From an uncultured bacterium (GTDB lineage Bacteria; Babelota; Babeliae; Babelales; Vermiphilaceae), in contig OY968764.1 of assembly GCA_963695335.1 (NCBI GenBank), positions 448,001 through 512,000 on the forward strand: 64,000 nucleotides of DNA, in the 5' to 3' direction. Of the stretch, positions 41,877 to 51,877 are shown piece by piece (positions within the stretch are counted from its first letter, which is position 1; each line of letters begins with the position of its first letter). The notes under the pieces are model-generated. The model had not been told where the DNA came from. It saw only the letters and a program-made list of their open reading frames with translations, and did no database searches. The translations under genes and the position numbers were made by a program.

Positions 41877-42479
41877 ATGAAATTTCTAACGTTATGTATT
41901 GTTGGAATGTTGTGTGTGCCGCTATTGGTACTTGCGGATAATCCATCACATACAGAATTCATTGAAAATATAAAAAAAGAGCATGGCATTGTTTTTGATA
42001 TCTTATTTTTACAAGCGCGAGAAACATTAAAAGCAAAAGAAGATATTGTAATGTGGCTGTATCATAAAAATAAAGCAGAGTTTAAAACTATTCAAAATCT
42101 TATGACAGACTTAAAAGTTGAAGTTGGTTTTAATCATAATGATGAGCATATAATTAAAAAAGAGCTAGAAGATAGCTTAAAAGAAAAAATACAGGATGAA
42201 GCTCAAAAAGTTTTGGACATGGATGGCGTAACTGCAGAAAATATGAAGGATTTTTTTCATATTTCGCGCATGATATGTGGAGTGACATTAGAATCAGATG
42301 ATGCGTGCTGCAGGATGACACGAGCTTTACAAAAAGAATATCGTCTTGCTATTAAAGAGTTAAAAGCTATCGATAAAGCGGCAGAAAAAATTAAAAACAT
42401 AGATAAAAAAAGAACTAAACAGGCATTATTACATAAGTTGCGTGAGCAGATTATACTTGGAACTTCTCCTCGTAAGTAG
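41877..42479 (+). CDS. Secreted hypothetical protein
   Basis: AAGGAG RBS; signal peptide. Confidence 0.65.
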   Translation: MKFLTLCIVGMLCVPLLVLADNPSHTEFIENIKKEHGIVFDILFLQARETLKAKEDIVMWLYHKNKAEFKTIQNLMTDLKVEVGFNHNDEHIIKKELEDSLKEKIQDEAQKVLDMDGVTAENMKDFFHISRMICGVTLESDDACCRMTRALQKEYRLAIKELKAIDKAAEKIKNIDKKRTKQALLHKLREQIILGTSPRK

Positions 42480-42496
42480 TAAAAAAGAAAAAGGGG

Positions 42497-43204
42497 ATGA
42501 ATATGAAGCGATTGAAGTACAGTTTATTAGGTTTATTTTTTTGCGCACAGAGTGTAGATGTGTTGTGTTTTAATAATACGCCATCTACGTTTGGTAAAAC
42601 ACATTTTATCGTTGGATATGAAAAAAAACCAACGGTAATAAAAGATAAAAAACGACATGTATCTCATAAAAAACAACAGCCTTGTAACGATGTTTCTTGT
42701 CTTGATAAAAACCGTATTACGCAATCATTTTTTACGACCATTCACGATTTATCGCCGATCTTATTAGAATTGATGTCTGATACCAAGAGATGTTTACACA
42801 TTGCTGCATTCAGTTTAACTGATATGCGTATTGTTGATCATCTTAAAGATGCACATCAAAAAGGTATAGATGTTTGTATCATTACTGATGCAAGTAACAT
42901 GAAGCAGCTTCATAATAAAGTTCAGATATTAGTGAATGATGGAGTTGCGGTGTGGTATTATAAACCTTCGCTCAATCCTCACTATAAAAAAAGCGGTTTA
43001 TCAGAACCGTTTATGCATCATAAATTGATTGTAGCGGATGATTTTGTGGTGACAGGGTCAGCAAATTTTACTAAGGCAGGACAAAAAACGAATATTGAAA
43101 ATATAACCGTTTTAAGAGATCGGCAAACAATTGATGAATATCATGCTGAATTTGAACGTCTAAAAAAATATTGCGTTCAATGTACGCAACGATCTTTTGA
43201 ATAA
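42497..43204 (+). CDS. Phospholipase D-family (Nuc-like) protein, single HKD
   Basis: MHHKLIVADD..VTGSANFT...NIEN. Confidence 0.88.
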   Translation: MNMKRLKYSLLGLFFCAQSVDVLCFNNTPSTFGKTHFIVGYEKKPTVIKDKKRHVSHKKQQPCNDVSCLDKNRITQSFFTTIHDLSPILLELMSDTKRCLHIAAFSLTDMRIVDHLKDAHQKGIDVCIITDASNMKQLHNKVQILVNDGVAVWYYKPSLNPHYKKSGLSEPFMHHKLIVADDFVVTGSANFTKAGQKTNIENITVLRDRQTIDEYHAEFERLKKYCVQCTQRSFE

Positions 43205-43348
43205 AAAATTGTTAAAAATAGTTTGGATAAAAATTGGAGAATGATTTAAGAAGGGGCTTCATTACTACAATTCCTTCTTAGCTCACCTCAATGCTACTGC
43301 GGATTAAAAAAAAATGCAAGAGTCAAAAATGAGAAAAATTTTTATTTT

Positions 43349-44344
43349 TTAAGAATTGTGTAATTGATTAATTAATTTCTGAAAATCATGAGGAAATTCA
43401 TCAGTAAATGCGTATTCTTTGTCTTCAAATACAAATGATAAACTTTCTGCATGAAGTGCTTGACGATTGATGAGTGGTGATTTTTTTCCATAGAGTTGAT
43501 CACCAACGATAGGGTGTCCAATTGCTTTCATATGAACACGAATTTGATGGGTGCGGCCGGTTGTCGGTTTTACTTCAATAAGGGATGTGTCTTTAAAAGA
43601 TTCTAAAACTTTATACTCTGTTTTTGCATGGCGAGTTTTGGTGCCTCCAACCTTGCCATCTGCACTGATATATTCTTCTTCAAAAGTTCTCATTTTGATG
43701 GGATTCATTGGGTCACGGCCTACCGCAAGTGTGATAGTGCCTTCTTTGGGAGGATGGCCATCAACAATAGCTTTGTATGTTTTTTGTATTTTTCTGTTTC
43801 TAAACAGTCCACCAATAATATTATGAGCATAGTTTGTGCGTGTGATGATCATAATCCCAGATGTTTCTTTATCAAGGCGGTGAATAATGCCAGGGCGGTC
43901 ACTCAGATCTGTTGCAGCAATGTCACCATGGTAATGACGTATCCAATCGGTGAGGCTTATTGCCGAACTGGCTGTGGATGTTGGGTGTACCAATAGATGT
44001 GCAGGTTTATGAATAATCATAAAATGTTCAGTGGCAGCAAGAACTGATACTCCTGTTGTTTTATCTAAAATAGTACTGAGAGGTGCAGTTTGTTGGGCTG
44101 GAAACTGTATTGTCACGGTATTGGTTGGGTGAACTAAGACACTTGGTTTTTTGGCAGGGGTATTGTTTATAGTGATGCCACCATTATCAATAATATGCTG
44201 AAAGTACGTGCGAGAGTAGTCAGGAAATAGGGTTGTCATGTAACGATCTATGCGGCAAGGGGTACTATTTTCTGCTACAGTAAAGGAAAATGTGCTTTCT
44301 GGAGCGATATGGCCATGAACCATTGAATTTCCTGATATGTTCAT
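43349..44344 (-). CDS. rluD: RluA-family pseudouridine synthase with S4 domain
   Basis: RIDRY S4 domain, RPGIIHRLDKETSG, TGRTHQIRVH. Confidence 0.9.
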   Translation of the reverse strand: MNISGNSMVHGHIAPESTFSFTVAENSTPCRIDRYMTTLFPDYSRTYFQHIIDNGGITINNTPAKKPSVLVHPTNTVTIQFPAQQTAPLSTILDKTTGVSVLAATEHFMIIHKPAHLLVHPTSTASSAISLTDWIRHYHGDIAATDLSDRPGIIHRLDKETSGIMIITRTNYAHNIIGGLFRNRKIQKTYKAIVDGHPPKEGTITLAVGRDPMNPIKMRTFEEEYISADGKVGGTKTRHAKTEYKVLESFKDTSLIEVKPTTGRTHQIRVHMKAIGHPIVGDQLYGKKSPLINRQALHAESLSFVFEDKEYAFTDEFPHDFQKLINQLHNS

Positions 44345-44555
44345 ATTACATAAAATATGATTCTATTGATAAAAAATGTAACATAGTTCTTTATTTTAAT
44401 TGTCATATATAATACTCTTAAAGTCAAATGGCGATAATCCTAGTACATAGGGGTAATTGCTGGTTGCATCCGTTTAAAACAGCGTTTAGACTGATAATAA
44501 TTGGTGGTGAGTTGGCTCTTGTTCAAAAGGGCAAGCATGTATGAGGAGGTGAGCC

Positions 44556-45911
44556 ATGGATATAAAAGATTTACTCTATGGAATTCAAGAAAATATAGAT
44601 GGTGTGATTACTCATAAAAGCTCAGAGGGCGAAAAGCTCTGGCATGCTTTGCTTGATACTCATCCAGTTGATATTGCCGATATTTGTAAACAGTTGAATA
44701 AAGAAGATGTTGGTAAGCTTTATGAGGCGTTGCCGCATTCTATGAAGCTTGATCTTTTTCCTGAATTGTCAGACAAATTAAAAGTGTATGTTCTTTCTGT
44801 TTTAGATGACAATGAACAGGTTGAAGCTTTTCAGACGCTTTCTACTGATGAACTTACTGATCTTTTTGATATTTTTTCAGACGAAGAGCTTAAACGGTAT
44901 CTTGGTTCACTCAACAAACGTGTGCATGAAAAAGTAAGAAGAATGCTTAAGTTTGATCCAGAATCAGCAGCCGGTATTATGCATACGGATGTGATTACAT
45001 TGATGGAAGATTTTACTGTTGAAAAAAGTATTTCTTTGATGCAGCGATTACGACCAAGTAGAGATGTACACCAGCAGATGTTTGTGGTTAATAAAGATCA
45101 TCTTCTTGTTGGTTTTGTTTATTTAGAAGATTTAATTTTTAATAAACCGAATGTTCGTATTTCTTCTTTTATGCACAAAAATGAACTTATTGCACGAGCA
45201 GATGAAGATCGTGAAACAATTGCAAAAGCGATGGTGCATTATAATTTTACGACCGTTCCTGTTGTAGGAGCTGATGGTATTTTTCTTGGTGTTATTTCTG
45301 GCGATACGTTGATGGATGTTTTGGTTGAAGAAGCAGTGGAAGACGTTCAAAAGATGGCTGCTGTCACACCGCTTACTCGTCCTTATTTTGAAACCCCGTT
45401 TTTCCAATCTTTATATGAACGCAGTTATATTTTAGTGATACTTTTGCTTGCTGGTTCAGTTTCTACTACCATTATGCGTGTATATGAAGCAACGCTGACA
45501 GAAATGCTTTTAATGTTTGTTCCTATGCTCACGAGTGTTGGAGGTAATACAAGTAATCAGACATCAGCGGTTGCAATTTGTGGTATGGCTTCAGGTGAAT
45601 TTACACACAAAACTGCGAGAAGATTTTTACGGCGTGAATTAATGATGGCTTCTTTCTTATCTTTGATTCTTGGTGCTACATCATTTACGCGTGTGTATTT
45701 AACGAGTGGAGTGTTGTGGGAAAGTATTGTAGTCAGTTTAACATTGGCTATTATTGTTTTGGTTTCTGTGACGCTTGGCAGCGCAATGCCATTTGTTTTA
45801 AAGCGTTTTAATATCGATCCTGCATTCTCTGCAGGACCATTCTTGGCAACGATTATGGATATCGTTGGGATATTAATTTATTGCACAAGTATTAAACTTT
45901 TGCTTTTCTAA
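44556..45911 (+). CDS. mgtE: Magnesium transporter
   Basis: HPVDIAD, CBS pair, GGNTSNQ, IDPAFSAGPFLATIMD. Confidence 0.93.
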   Translation: MDIKDLLYGIQENIDGVITHKSSEGEKLWHALLDTHPVDIADICKQLNKEDVGKLYEALPHSMKLDLFPELSDKLKVYVLSVLDDNEQVEAFQTLSTDELTDLFDIFSDEELKRYLGSLNKRVHEKVRRMLKFDPESAAGIMHTDVITLMEDFTVEKSISLMQRLRPSRDVHQQMFVVNKDHLLVGFVYLEDLIFNKPNVRISSFMHKNELIARADEDRETIAKAMVHYNFTTVPVVGADGIFLGVISGDTLMDVLVEEAVEDVQKMAAVTPLTRPYFETPFFQSLYERSYILVILLLAGSVSTTIMRVYEATLTEMLLMFVPMLTSVGGNTSNQTSAVAICGMASGEFTHKTARRFLRRELMMASFLSLILGATSFTRVYLTSGVLWESIVVSLTLAIIVLVSVTLGSAMPFVLKRFNIDPAFSAGPFLATIMDIVGILIYCTSIKLLLF

Positions 45912-45942
45912 CTATATTTTTTAACAAAAATGTGAGAATTGC

Positions 45943-45971
45943 TTGACAAAACCGCTATATAATTATACCTT
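45943..45971 (+). promoter_or_regulatory. Putative sigma70 promoter for tRNA-Lys/tRNA-Glu
   Basis: TTGACA-17 bp-TACCTT. Confidence 0.55.
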
Positions 45972-46012
45972 CTAATAGTGATTTAATTTGAAATATTGAT
46001 TTAAAAATTAGT

Positions 46013-46088
46013 GGGCCGCTAGCTCAGTCGGTAGAGCAACAGCCTTTTAAGCTGTGGGTCGTTGGTTCGAGTCCAACGCGGCTCACCA
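46013..46088 (+). tRNA. tRNA-Lys (TTT)
   Basis: Cloverleaf, anticodon arm ACAGC-CTTTTAA-GCTGT, encoded CCA. Confidence 0.97.
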
Positions 46089-46239
46089 GTCTACGCCAAG
46101 GCTTCGTCTGGCTTCGCCAAAAAGGTGGAGTTAAGTTTGAGTCTGTCGAAAGATTTGGCACAGTCAATTAAAAAAGGCTGTGGTTTTTTATTTTTACCCA
46201 CTTATATCAGAATTCTAAGTCACCTTTCTTGAAATTTAT

Positions 46240-46317
46240 GTCCCTATCGTCTAGCCTGGTCTAGGACATCGCCCTTTCACGGCGAAAACAGGGGTTCAAA
46301 TCCCCTTGGGGATGCCA
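46240..46317 (+). tRNA. tRNA-Glu (TTC), integration target
   Basis: Cloverleaf, TCGCC-CTTTCAC-GGCGA anticodon arm, ends GGGGATGCCA. Confidence 0.96.
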
Positions 46318-47766
46318 TTGTATACAATCGAACGAATCTGCGATTAAATCGAATGGCGAAACAAGCTCCCAATGAACATTTTCACCACTTATCTTCAAGT
46401 TCGATAATACGGTTTTGATTAAAAGCCGTTTTTGCTGAACTTCTGAACTTATAAAAATATCATATGCTCTGTCTGCAAGCTTAAGCAGCATCTGTGCGGT
46501 AATATAGTAATTTGTCTCTGCTTCTTGAAGTTGCTCTAAACGAATGGCAATATCAGTTGCTTTGTCTTTGAGTGATGTGAAGAATTTGTCATAGTAGGCG
46601 TCAGTAATACTCCCTTTCAGTTTATCCATATAAAGATTATCCATCATCGTGGCAAGTGTGCTTTGTTCTTTTAATAACTTTTCATTTTCTTGTTTGTGGA
46701 ATTCAACTTTGTTTTTATGCACTTCAGTGAGAACATCCATCGTGTCTTGGAGAATGTTTTTTGGCATTTGTAGGCGTGCAAAGAGTTTGCTGATGCTTGC
46801 AGTAATTGTTTCTTCACGGAACCATGTTGCGCCATGTTTGCCTTTTGCTTGCGTGCAATGGTAATAAACATGGCCTTTTTGCCGTTCATGGGTTATTGCA
46901 AGACCGCAATCGCCGCAACGGATTAAACCGCGATATAAAATGTCTTCTTTGCCTTTGTAGCGTTGTAGGTTTTTTCCATTTCTTTTTCTAACTTCTTGTA
47001 CTTCCTGAAACAATGCTTGTGTAATGATGGGTGGATAATTATGAGGATATGATTTTCCATTCACGGTCATGATGCCGTAATAGAAGGTGTAATTGAACAT
47101 TTTATCAACATTGCTTGTGGACCATGCAAGGCCATAATCAGTGTTTATTTTTTTGCATAAGGTGGAAAAAGAAAATGCACCTGTTGCATACAATTCAAAT
47201 GCTTTGCGCACAACTTGTGAGCCAAATTCATCAACAATAATTGTTGTTTTGTCGCTACCTAATGAAATGTTTTTATACCCATAAGGCGCTTTTGCAGGCC
47301 ATTCACCTTTGCGTAACTTTTGTTCAATGGCACGTTTAACATTATCACTGATTGCATCGGAATAATATTTTGCTAACCCAAGGCTGATGCCAAATTGGAA
47401 CTTTTCAACAGCAGAAATATTACTGTTGATGATTTGCCCGTCGGAAATAAAATGTAATTCAAGTTGATCTCTGAGGGCTTTTTCATAAAGGGTGGAGATG
47501 CGTTTATCAAAGGTGTTGCGTGATAGTCTATCTACTTTATCGCAGCAGATAACAACTTTTTCTTTTTGATTGAGTGCATAATCAATAATTGCATCAAATT
47601 CAGAGCGGCTATTGGTATAAGCACTTTCATCAAAGCTGCAAGTGCGGAGTATACTAAAGCCTTTGTTGCGACAATATTGTTCAAGGCGACTTATCTGGGC
47701 AGGGAGTGAATTACCAGCTTCTTTTTGTTCTTCTGTGCTGACACGAGCTATCAGAATAGCTTTCAT
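46261..47766 (-). CDS. Large serine recombinase; last 18 codons are antisense to tRNA-Glu
   Basis: ARVSTEEQ catalytic Ser, DRLSR, APYGY, Zn ribbon CGDC...YYHC, coiled coil. Confidence 0.93.
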   Translation of the reverse strand: MKAILIARVSTEEQKEAGNSLPAQISRLEQYCRNKGFSILRTCSFDESAYTNSRSEFDAIIDYALNQKEKVVICCDKVDRLSRNTFDKRISTLYEKALRDQLELHFISDGQIINSNISAVEKFQFGISLGLAKYYSDAISDNVKRAIEQKLRKGEWPAKAPYGYKNISLGSDKTTIIVDEFGSQVVRKAFELYATGAFSFSTLCKKINTDYGLAWSTSNVDKMFNYTFYYGIMTVNGKSYPHNYPPIITQALFQEVQEVRKRNGKNLQRYKGKEDILYRGLIRCGDCGLAITHERQKGHVYYHCTQAKGKHGATWFREETITASISKLFARLQMPKNILQDTMDVLTEVHKNKVEFHKQENEKLLKEQSTLATMMDNLYMDKLKGSITDAYYDKFFTSLKDKATDIAIRLEQLQEAETNYYITAQMLLKLADRAYDIFISSEVQQKRLLIKTVLSNLKISGENVHWELVSPFDLIADSFDCIQWHPQGDLNPCFRRERAMS

Positions 47767-48008
47767 GGGATAAATCCTTTTGTTTATGGATATTTCGTAG
47801 ATTTGTCGATGATAGTGTAACAGAAGAAATGAGGATTGTTATTAGTATTATAATTGGAGCTTCAAGATGATAATAAATATAAACAACAAGATATGATGAA
47901 TATAACTTAATATATTTAATTATATTTTTATGTATTAAATTTACTTAATTACATTATTATGGCATTCTTTGTGTGCATTACAAAATACATAACAAAAAAG
48001 GTGCCCTC

Positions 48009-49196
48009 ATGAAAAATTCTCATCTAATTCTCACCCTATGTGCATTAAGCACATTGATATCTCACTCAATGCAACTTACTCTCAAAGCAAATCCTCACAA
48101 ACTTAAACAGATAAGATACATTACATCACAAAAGGAATCACAAACAACACCCACCAAGATAAAGAAACAAAAAAATAATCAATATAATAATTGTTGTATT
48201 ATTGAAGGAAAAGAACGAGTAAAAGACCTTGTGGTACAGACTTCAAATGCATTGCAATCACGCCTTAAGGAATTACAAACAACATTCACCAAGACAAAGA
48301 AACGAAACAGCAGTCAATGCAATAATTGTTGTATTGTTGAAAAAAAAGAGCAAATTAAAGATCTTGTGGTATATACTTCAAATTCATTGCAATCATGTTT
48401 TCCTACATATAACTCCAAATACGATTCCAAAGTTTTTGTTGAAGATTATGGTTGTCAAAGTTTACATATTGTATTCGGTATGACCCATGCTTGTTTTGCC
48501 GTTGCGACGCTTAACCCTATTGGCTTGATTCCAATTATTACGAATGCTGTAGCAATAAAATGTATTAAGTTAGATAGGGATCTTATTAATTCAGTAGAAC
48601 GACCTCAGTTAGCAACAGATTTGATATCTTATTTGAATGCGATTAATCGTGAGGGTTATCTTTCTATTCATAGGCTTTTTATCAGAAGAGATTGTATAGA
48701 AAATGAGATAAGAAATCATAAAAAAGTTAATACACAAACGCTTTCATCCCTTGATTTAAAAAACGCATTAAATAATTATAATGTAAAACTTATTGAGTTA
48801 GAAAAGTCAGAAGACATAATAAATAGTGAAATTCTTGAACCAATCTTACCTATTTTGAATAAGTATGAAAATGTAGATATTGAAAAATGTTTAACATATA
48901 CAGATACACTAAAGAGAACTGCGGCATTTAAAAGACGTTTACTTGTTGGTGGAAGTTTGGCTATTTATCTCTCCACTTTGGGTATCGTTGTGGATGGCAC
49001 TGACAATGTATTAATTGCATTCATAGCTACGTTATCTATGCTTGATTTAATAGGAACACCTTTAATAATGGATAATGATTTATCAGATAAGATGAATATT
49101 ATTTCGAATTGCCTAAAAATCTATAAAAATCATTTGGCAACAATACAAAACAATGCTTTTGTAAAAACATTAGAAAATAAAAAAAATATTGAGTAA
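48009..49196 (+). CDS. Secreted cargo protein with a 45-aa internal duplication and hydrophobic segments
   Basis: Signal peptide ending SHS-MQL; 135-bp tandem repeat starting at 48132 and 48267. Confidence 0.72.
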   Translation: MKNSHLILTLCALSTLISHSMQLTLKANPHKLKQIRYITSQKESQTTPTKIKKQKNNQYNNCCIIEGKERVKDLVVQTSNALQSRLKELQTTFTKTKKRNSSQCNNCCIVEKKEQIKDLVVYTSNSLQSCFPTYNSKYDSKVFVEDYGCQSLHIVFGMTHACFAVATLNPIGLIPIITNAVAIKCIKLDRDLINSVERPQLATDLISYLNAINREGYLSIHRLFIRRDCIENEIRNHKKVNTQTLSSLDLKNALNNYNVKLIELEKSEDIINSEILEPILPILNKYENVDIEKCLTYTDTLKRTAAFKRRLLVGGSLAIYLSTLGIVVDGTDNVLIAFIATLSMLDLIGTPLIMDNDLSDKMNIISNCLKIYKNHLATIQNNAFVKTLENKKNIE

Positions 49197-49276
49197 TGCC
49201 GAAAAATAATAGTGGTTAAACAATTAAGGGTTATTGCAGATTATTGCATAGCCCTTAATCATTGTTCAGTAACTTA

Positions 49277-50434
49277 TCAAATTTCTTTTGTGATAGGTTC
49301 AAATTTTTCTAAGCAATCCCTAATCACCTTAAATGAATTTGATGATATGGGTTGTTGAGTAATCGTAGTGTTTTTCATATCAGCAATTAAGCGGTACCAG
49401 CTACGTTTATTGTGTGCACCAAGCATAGTGCGTAGTTCACGAATGCTTATTTGATCCAATGCCAATTTCATTCCATAAAGCTGCAAAATACGGCGAGGGC
49501 TGAGGGTAGGATTATTAAAAATAAGAGCAACAAGAAGTTGTTTTGTGTTATTTGTTTTGAAATCCAACAACGGTGGGCGCATGCGTTCAATTTCATCAAG
49601 ATAATGCAGGAGTACTTTGCGTGCAATGTTTGTTTTGAAGAGTCCTTTAAAGGTCAGTTGAGCTTTAATATTCAGCATCTTTAAAATCTGTTGGATCTTG
49701 CGCCGATTATTCAAGCGTGCTTCCATGCGTAAAACTTCAAACATTTTTTTATTATGCAATTCATCGTAGAGGTGCAATTGAATTGCGTTATCTTTTTCTA
49801 ATGATCGTTTATCACTTTTTTTTGCATATTCAAGATCACGAATTTTATCATAAAAAACTAATTCATAAGAGTTACTATGCCATTTGTAGCTGTGGCCTTT
49901 ATTGCGGTAATCAGTTTGATTGATATCAAGAGAGAGTTTGATATTTGCTTGTTCAATTTTGCTGATGTAATGATACGGAATAGAACCATCAGTGAGTGGG
50001 ATATTTTTTGAAAAATGAATGCCGGAAACGGGTGCATTGATCAAATTTTCAATATCAGTTGCAACTCCCATGGTGTGTAATGTTGTGCATAATTTTTGTA
50101 CAAGATCAGGAAATTGTTTTTGTGTTAGTTCTTCAAAGTTGTTACCAAATAATAGTTTTGGCAATGATAGTTCAATTTTAAGCAACGTTTTTGGTGTTGA
50201 GAGTGGTGAGGGCCGTCTTAAAAGGGATAGACGAGGTTTATAATAACCTGTAGCTAATTCTTTTTTTGTCGGGTTTTGTTTGGAAGAAATGCCGCGCAAA
50301 GCATAGGTTTTATCGTTGATCTCGGTCTTCGAAGCTTTAGCGAAGTAGACCCATCGCGCAGAAGGCGTAAATAAATCAGGATTAGTAATTTCAAACAAGT
50401 CTTGCGTAAGGAGTAAAACGATCGTATCTATCAT
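49277..50434 (-). CDS. Putative phage/plasmid replication initiator (gene II/X, CRI-like)
   Basis: MIDTI start, IELSLPKLLFGNN, FYDK, LRMEARL motifs; family assigned from recalled motifs. Confidence 0.7.
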   Translation of the reverse strand: MIDTIVLLLTQDLFEITNPDLFTPSARWVYFAKASKTEINDKTYALRGISSKQNPTKKELATGYYKPRLSLLRRPSPLSTPKTLLKIELSLPKLLFGNNFEELTQKQFPDLVQKLCTTLHTMGVATDIENLINAPVSGIHFSKNIPLTDGSIPYHYISKIEQANIKLSLDINQTDYRNKGHSYKWHSNSYELVFYDKIRDLEYAKKSDKRSLEKDNAIQLHLYDELHNKKMFEVLRMEARLNNRRKIQQILKMLNIKAQLTFKGLFKTNIARKVLLHYLDEIERMRPPLLDFKTNNTKQLLVALIFNNPTLSPRRILQLYGMKLALDQISIRELRTMLGAHNKRSWYRLIADMKNTTITQQPISSNSFKVIRDCLEKFEPITKEI

Positions 50435-50804
50435 TGCAATATCCCATGATGAAATCAATTATATTGCACGTAAGGATACGGGTAAATGCTTTGAAAAACA
50501 AGTCCCGCAGAGCGGTTCTTGATGAATTACTCATTGCGGGATATTTGATGTGGCAAGGCTTGCCCTTCATAGCTTTAGCGGAGTAGGGTTGGTGTTTTAT
50601 GGGCCTGTGGAAGCCGCAGCACCCAACTTCGCAAAAGCTTTGAGACTCAGCTTTTTTTGCTTTTGCCTTTTTTGGTGAACGTCTTTTATTTGCTGCACTT
50701 GTTTGCAGATTCACTTCTATAAGTAATGTGAATAAGTTTGCAACACGTGTTTTTTCTTCAACTGTTAAGACTCTAACAGATTTTATTGGTCGTAATCGAG
50801 CCAT
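50391..50804 (-). CDS. Small basic hypothetical protein upstream of rep
   Basis: Helical N-terminus EEKTRVANLFTLLIEVN; C-terminal half crosses hairpins and may be non-coding. Confidence 0.45.
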   Translation of the reverse strand: MARLRPIKSVRVLTVEEKTRVANLFTLLIEVNLQTSAANKRRSPKKAKAKKAESQSFCEVGCCGFHRPIKHQPYSAKAMKGKPCHIKYPAMSNSSRTALRDLFFKAFTRILTCNIIDFIMGYCNDRYDRFTPYARLV

Positions 50805-51071
50805 ATAATACTCTCTATAATAAATAATGAAAATTATTTTGTTCGTAGTATGGCGTAAAATTACTGTGACAAGTTTTTTAGATTAATTGGGAACTGAGAC
50901 AGGAATTGTACGCCATAGTCATGATCTGCGTGAGATCACGTTCAATATCTATAATTGCGTACATGGTATTCCTTCCGTGGCCTTCGAAGCTTTATGCGTA
51001 GTAGGCAAAAAAATGATGCTATCATTACAACGATTGCTGCAATGATAGCATATAGTGCGAATAATGCAAAT

Positions 51072-51401
51072 TTATTTTCTGCTTGGTACAGGAATCTCAA
51101 GCGGGATGTATTGGCCGTGAAGTTCAACCATGATTTTTTTGGATCCAAGCCCTCTTAAGATTTTAAAGAAACTTTGCATACTAAAATCTGTTTTGCTTCC
51201 TGATCGCATTGCTTGCACAATAGTCGGAGATACTCCTGCCATTTTTGCAAGTTTTCTTACGGATATATTGTCTTTTGCCATAGCAGCAAGAATCAATTCA
51301 GACAAAAGAAGTTCTTTATATTCTTCATCAAATTTTTTACGTTCTTCTGGGCTTAATGATTCAATAAGTTCATCTACAGTTGATTTTACTTTTTTATTCA
51401 T
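51072..51401 (-). CDS. Xre-HTH antitoxin
   Basis: ISVRKLAKMAGVSPTIVQ HTH; overlaps upstream toxin gene. Confidence 0.85.
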   Translation of the reverse strand: MNKKVKSTVDELIESLSPEERKKFDEEYKELLLSELILAAMAKDNISVRKLAKMAGVSPTIVQAMRSGSKTDFSMQSFFKILRGLGSKKIMVELHGQYIPLEIPVPSRK

Positions 51402-51777
51402 AATATGTTCCTTCTTTAACTCTTTTAATATAGTTCTCTTTTGCTCTTAAAGCTTTTTCTTTTTCTTTTATAGGCATTTTTGCTGATTTTTTTTCATAGG
51501 CATTGGTTATAATAACTTTTGATCCATCAAAGAAAAAACAGAAAAATCTGTCTGGTGAAGATTTAAATACATATATTTGGTCTCCTTCATAACGAAATTT
51601 TTCTAGATTAAAAACTTTTCCTGTGTTTCCAAGTAATAAAAAAAGGCGTGCGAGTTTCTTTTGACGATCATCAGGTAAATTTTTGAAATGAGCTAAAGGT
51701 TCACTTTTTCCCTTATCATTAAAATACCATTCAATGATATATTCTTTACCTTCACATGCTACAATCTTTTTCTTCAT
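51394..51777 (-). CDS. RelE/ParE (Gp49-like) toxin
   Basis: IYVFKSSPDRFFCFF...IITNAYEKKS..MP.KEKEKA. Confidence 0.85.
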   Translation of the reverse strand: MKKKIVACEGKEYIIEWYFNDKGKSEPLAHFKNLPDDRQKKLARLFLLLGNTGKVFNLEKFRYEGDQIYVFKSSPDRFFCFFFDGSKVIITNAYEKKSAKMPIKEKEKALRAKENYIKRVKEGTYYE

Positions 51778-51824
51778 TAAGCACTCGATTTTTTTATGGG
51801 TATTACTTTTTATTCATTATTAAA

Positions 51825-51844
51825 TGTATCATAAAAATGATACA
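51825..51844. promoter_or_regulatory. Probable TA operator palindrome
   Basis: TGTATCAT-AAAA-ATGATACA just upstream of the toxin start. Confidence 0.65.
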
Positions 51845-51877
51845 AGCACAAGGATGATTATAATTTTGCACCTTCGT

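Noticed and set aside
44400..44558. M-box riboswitch upstream of mgtE
   Set aside because: No recognisable M-box motifs; only a weak TGGCTC/GAGCCA pairing near the RBS
50942..51158. Small ORFs, and TACGCCA near 50909 as an alternative attR
   Set aside because: The ORFs overlap the antitoxin and a REP; the exact 10-bp core with an in-frame tail at 51967-51976 fits much better
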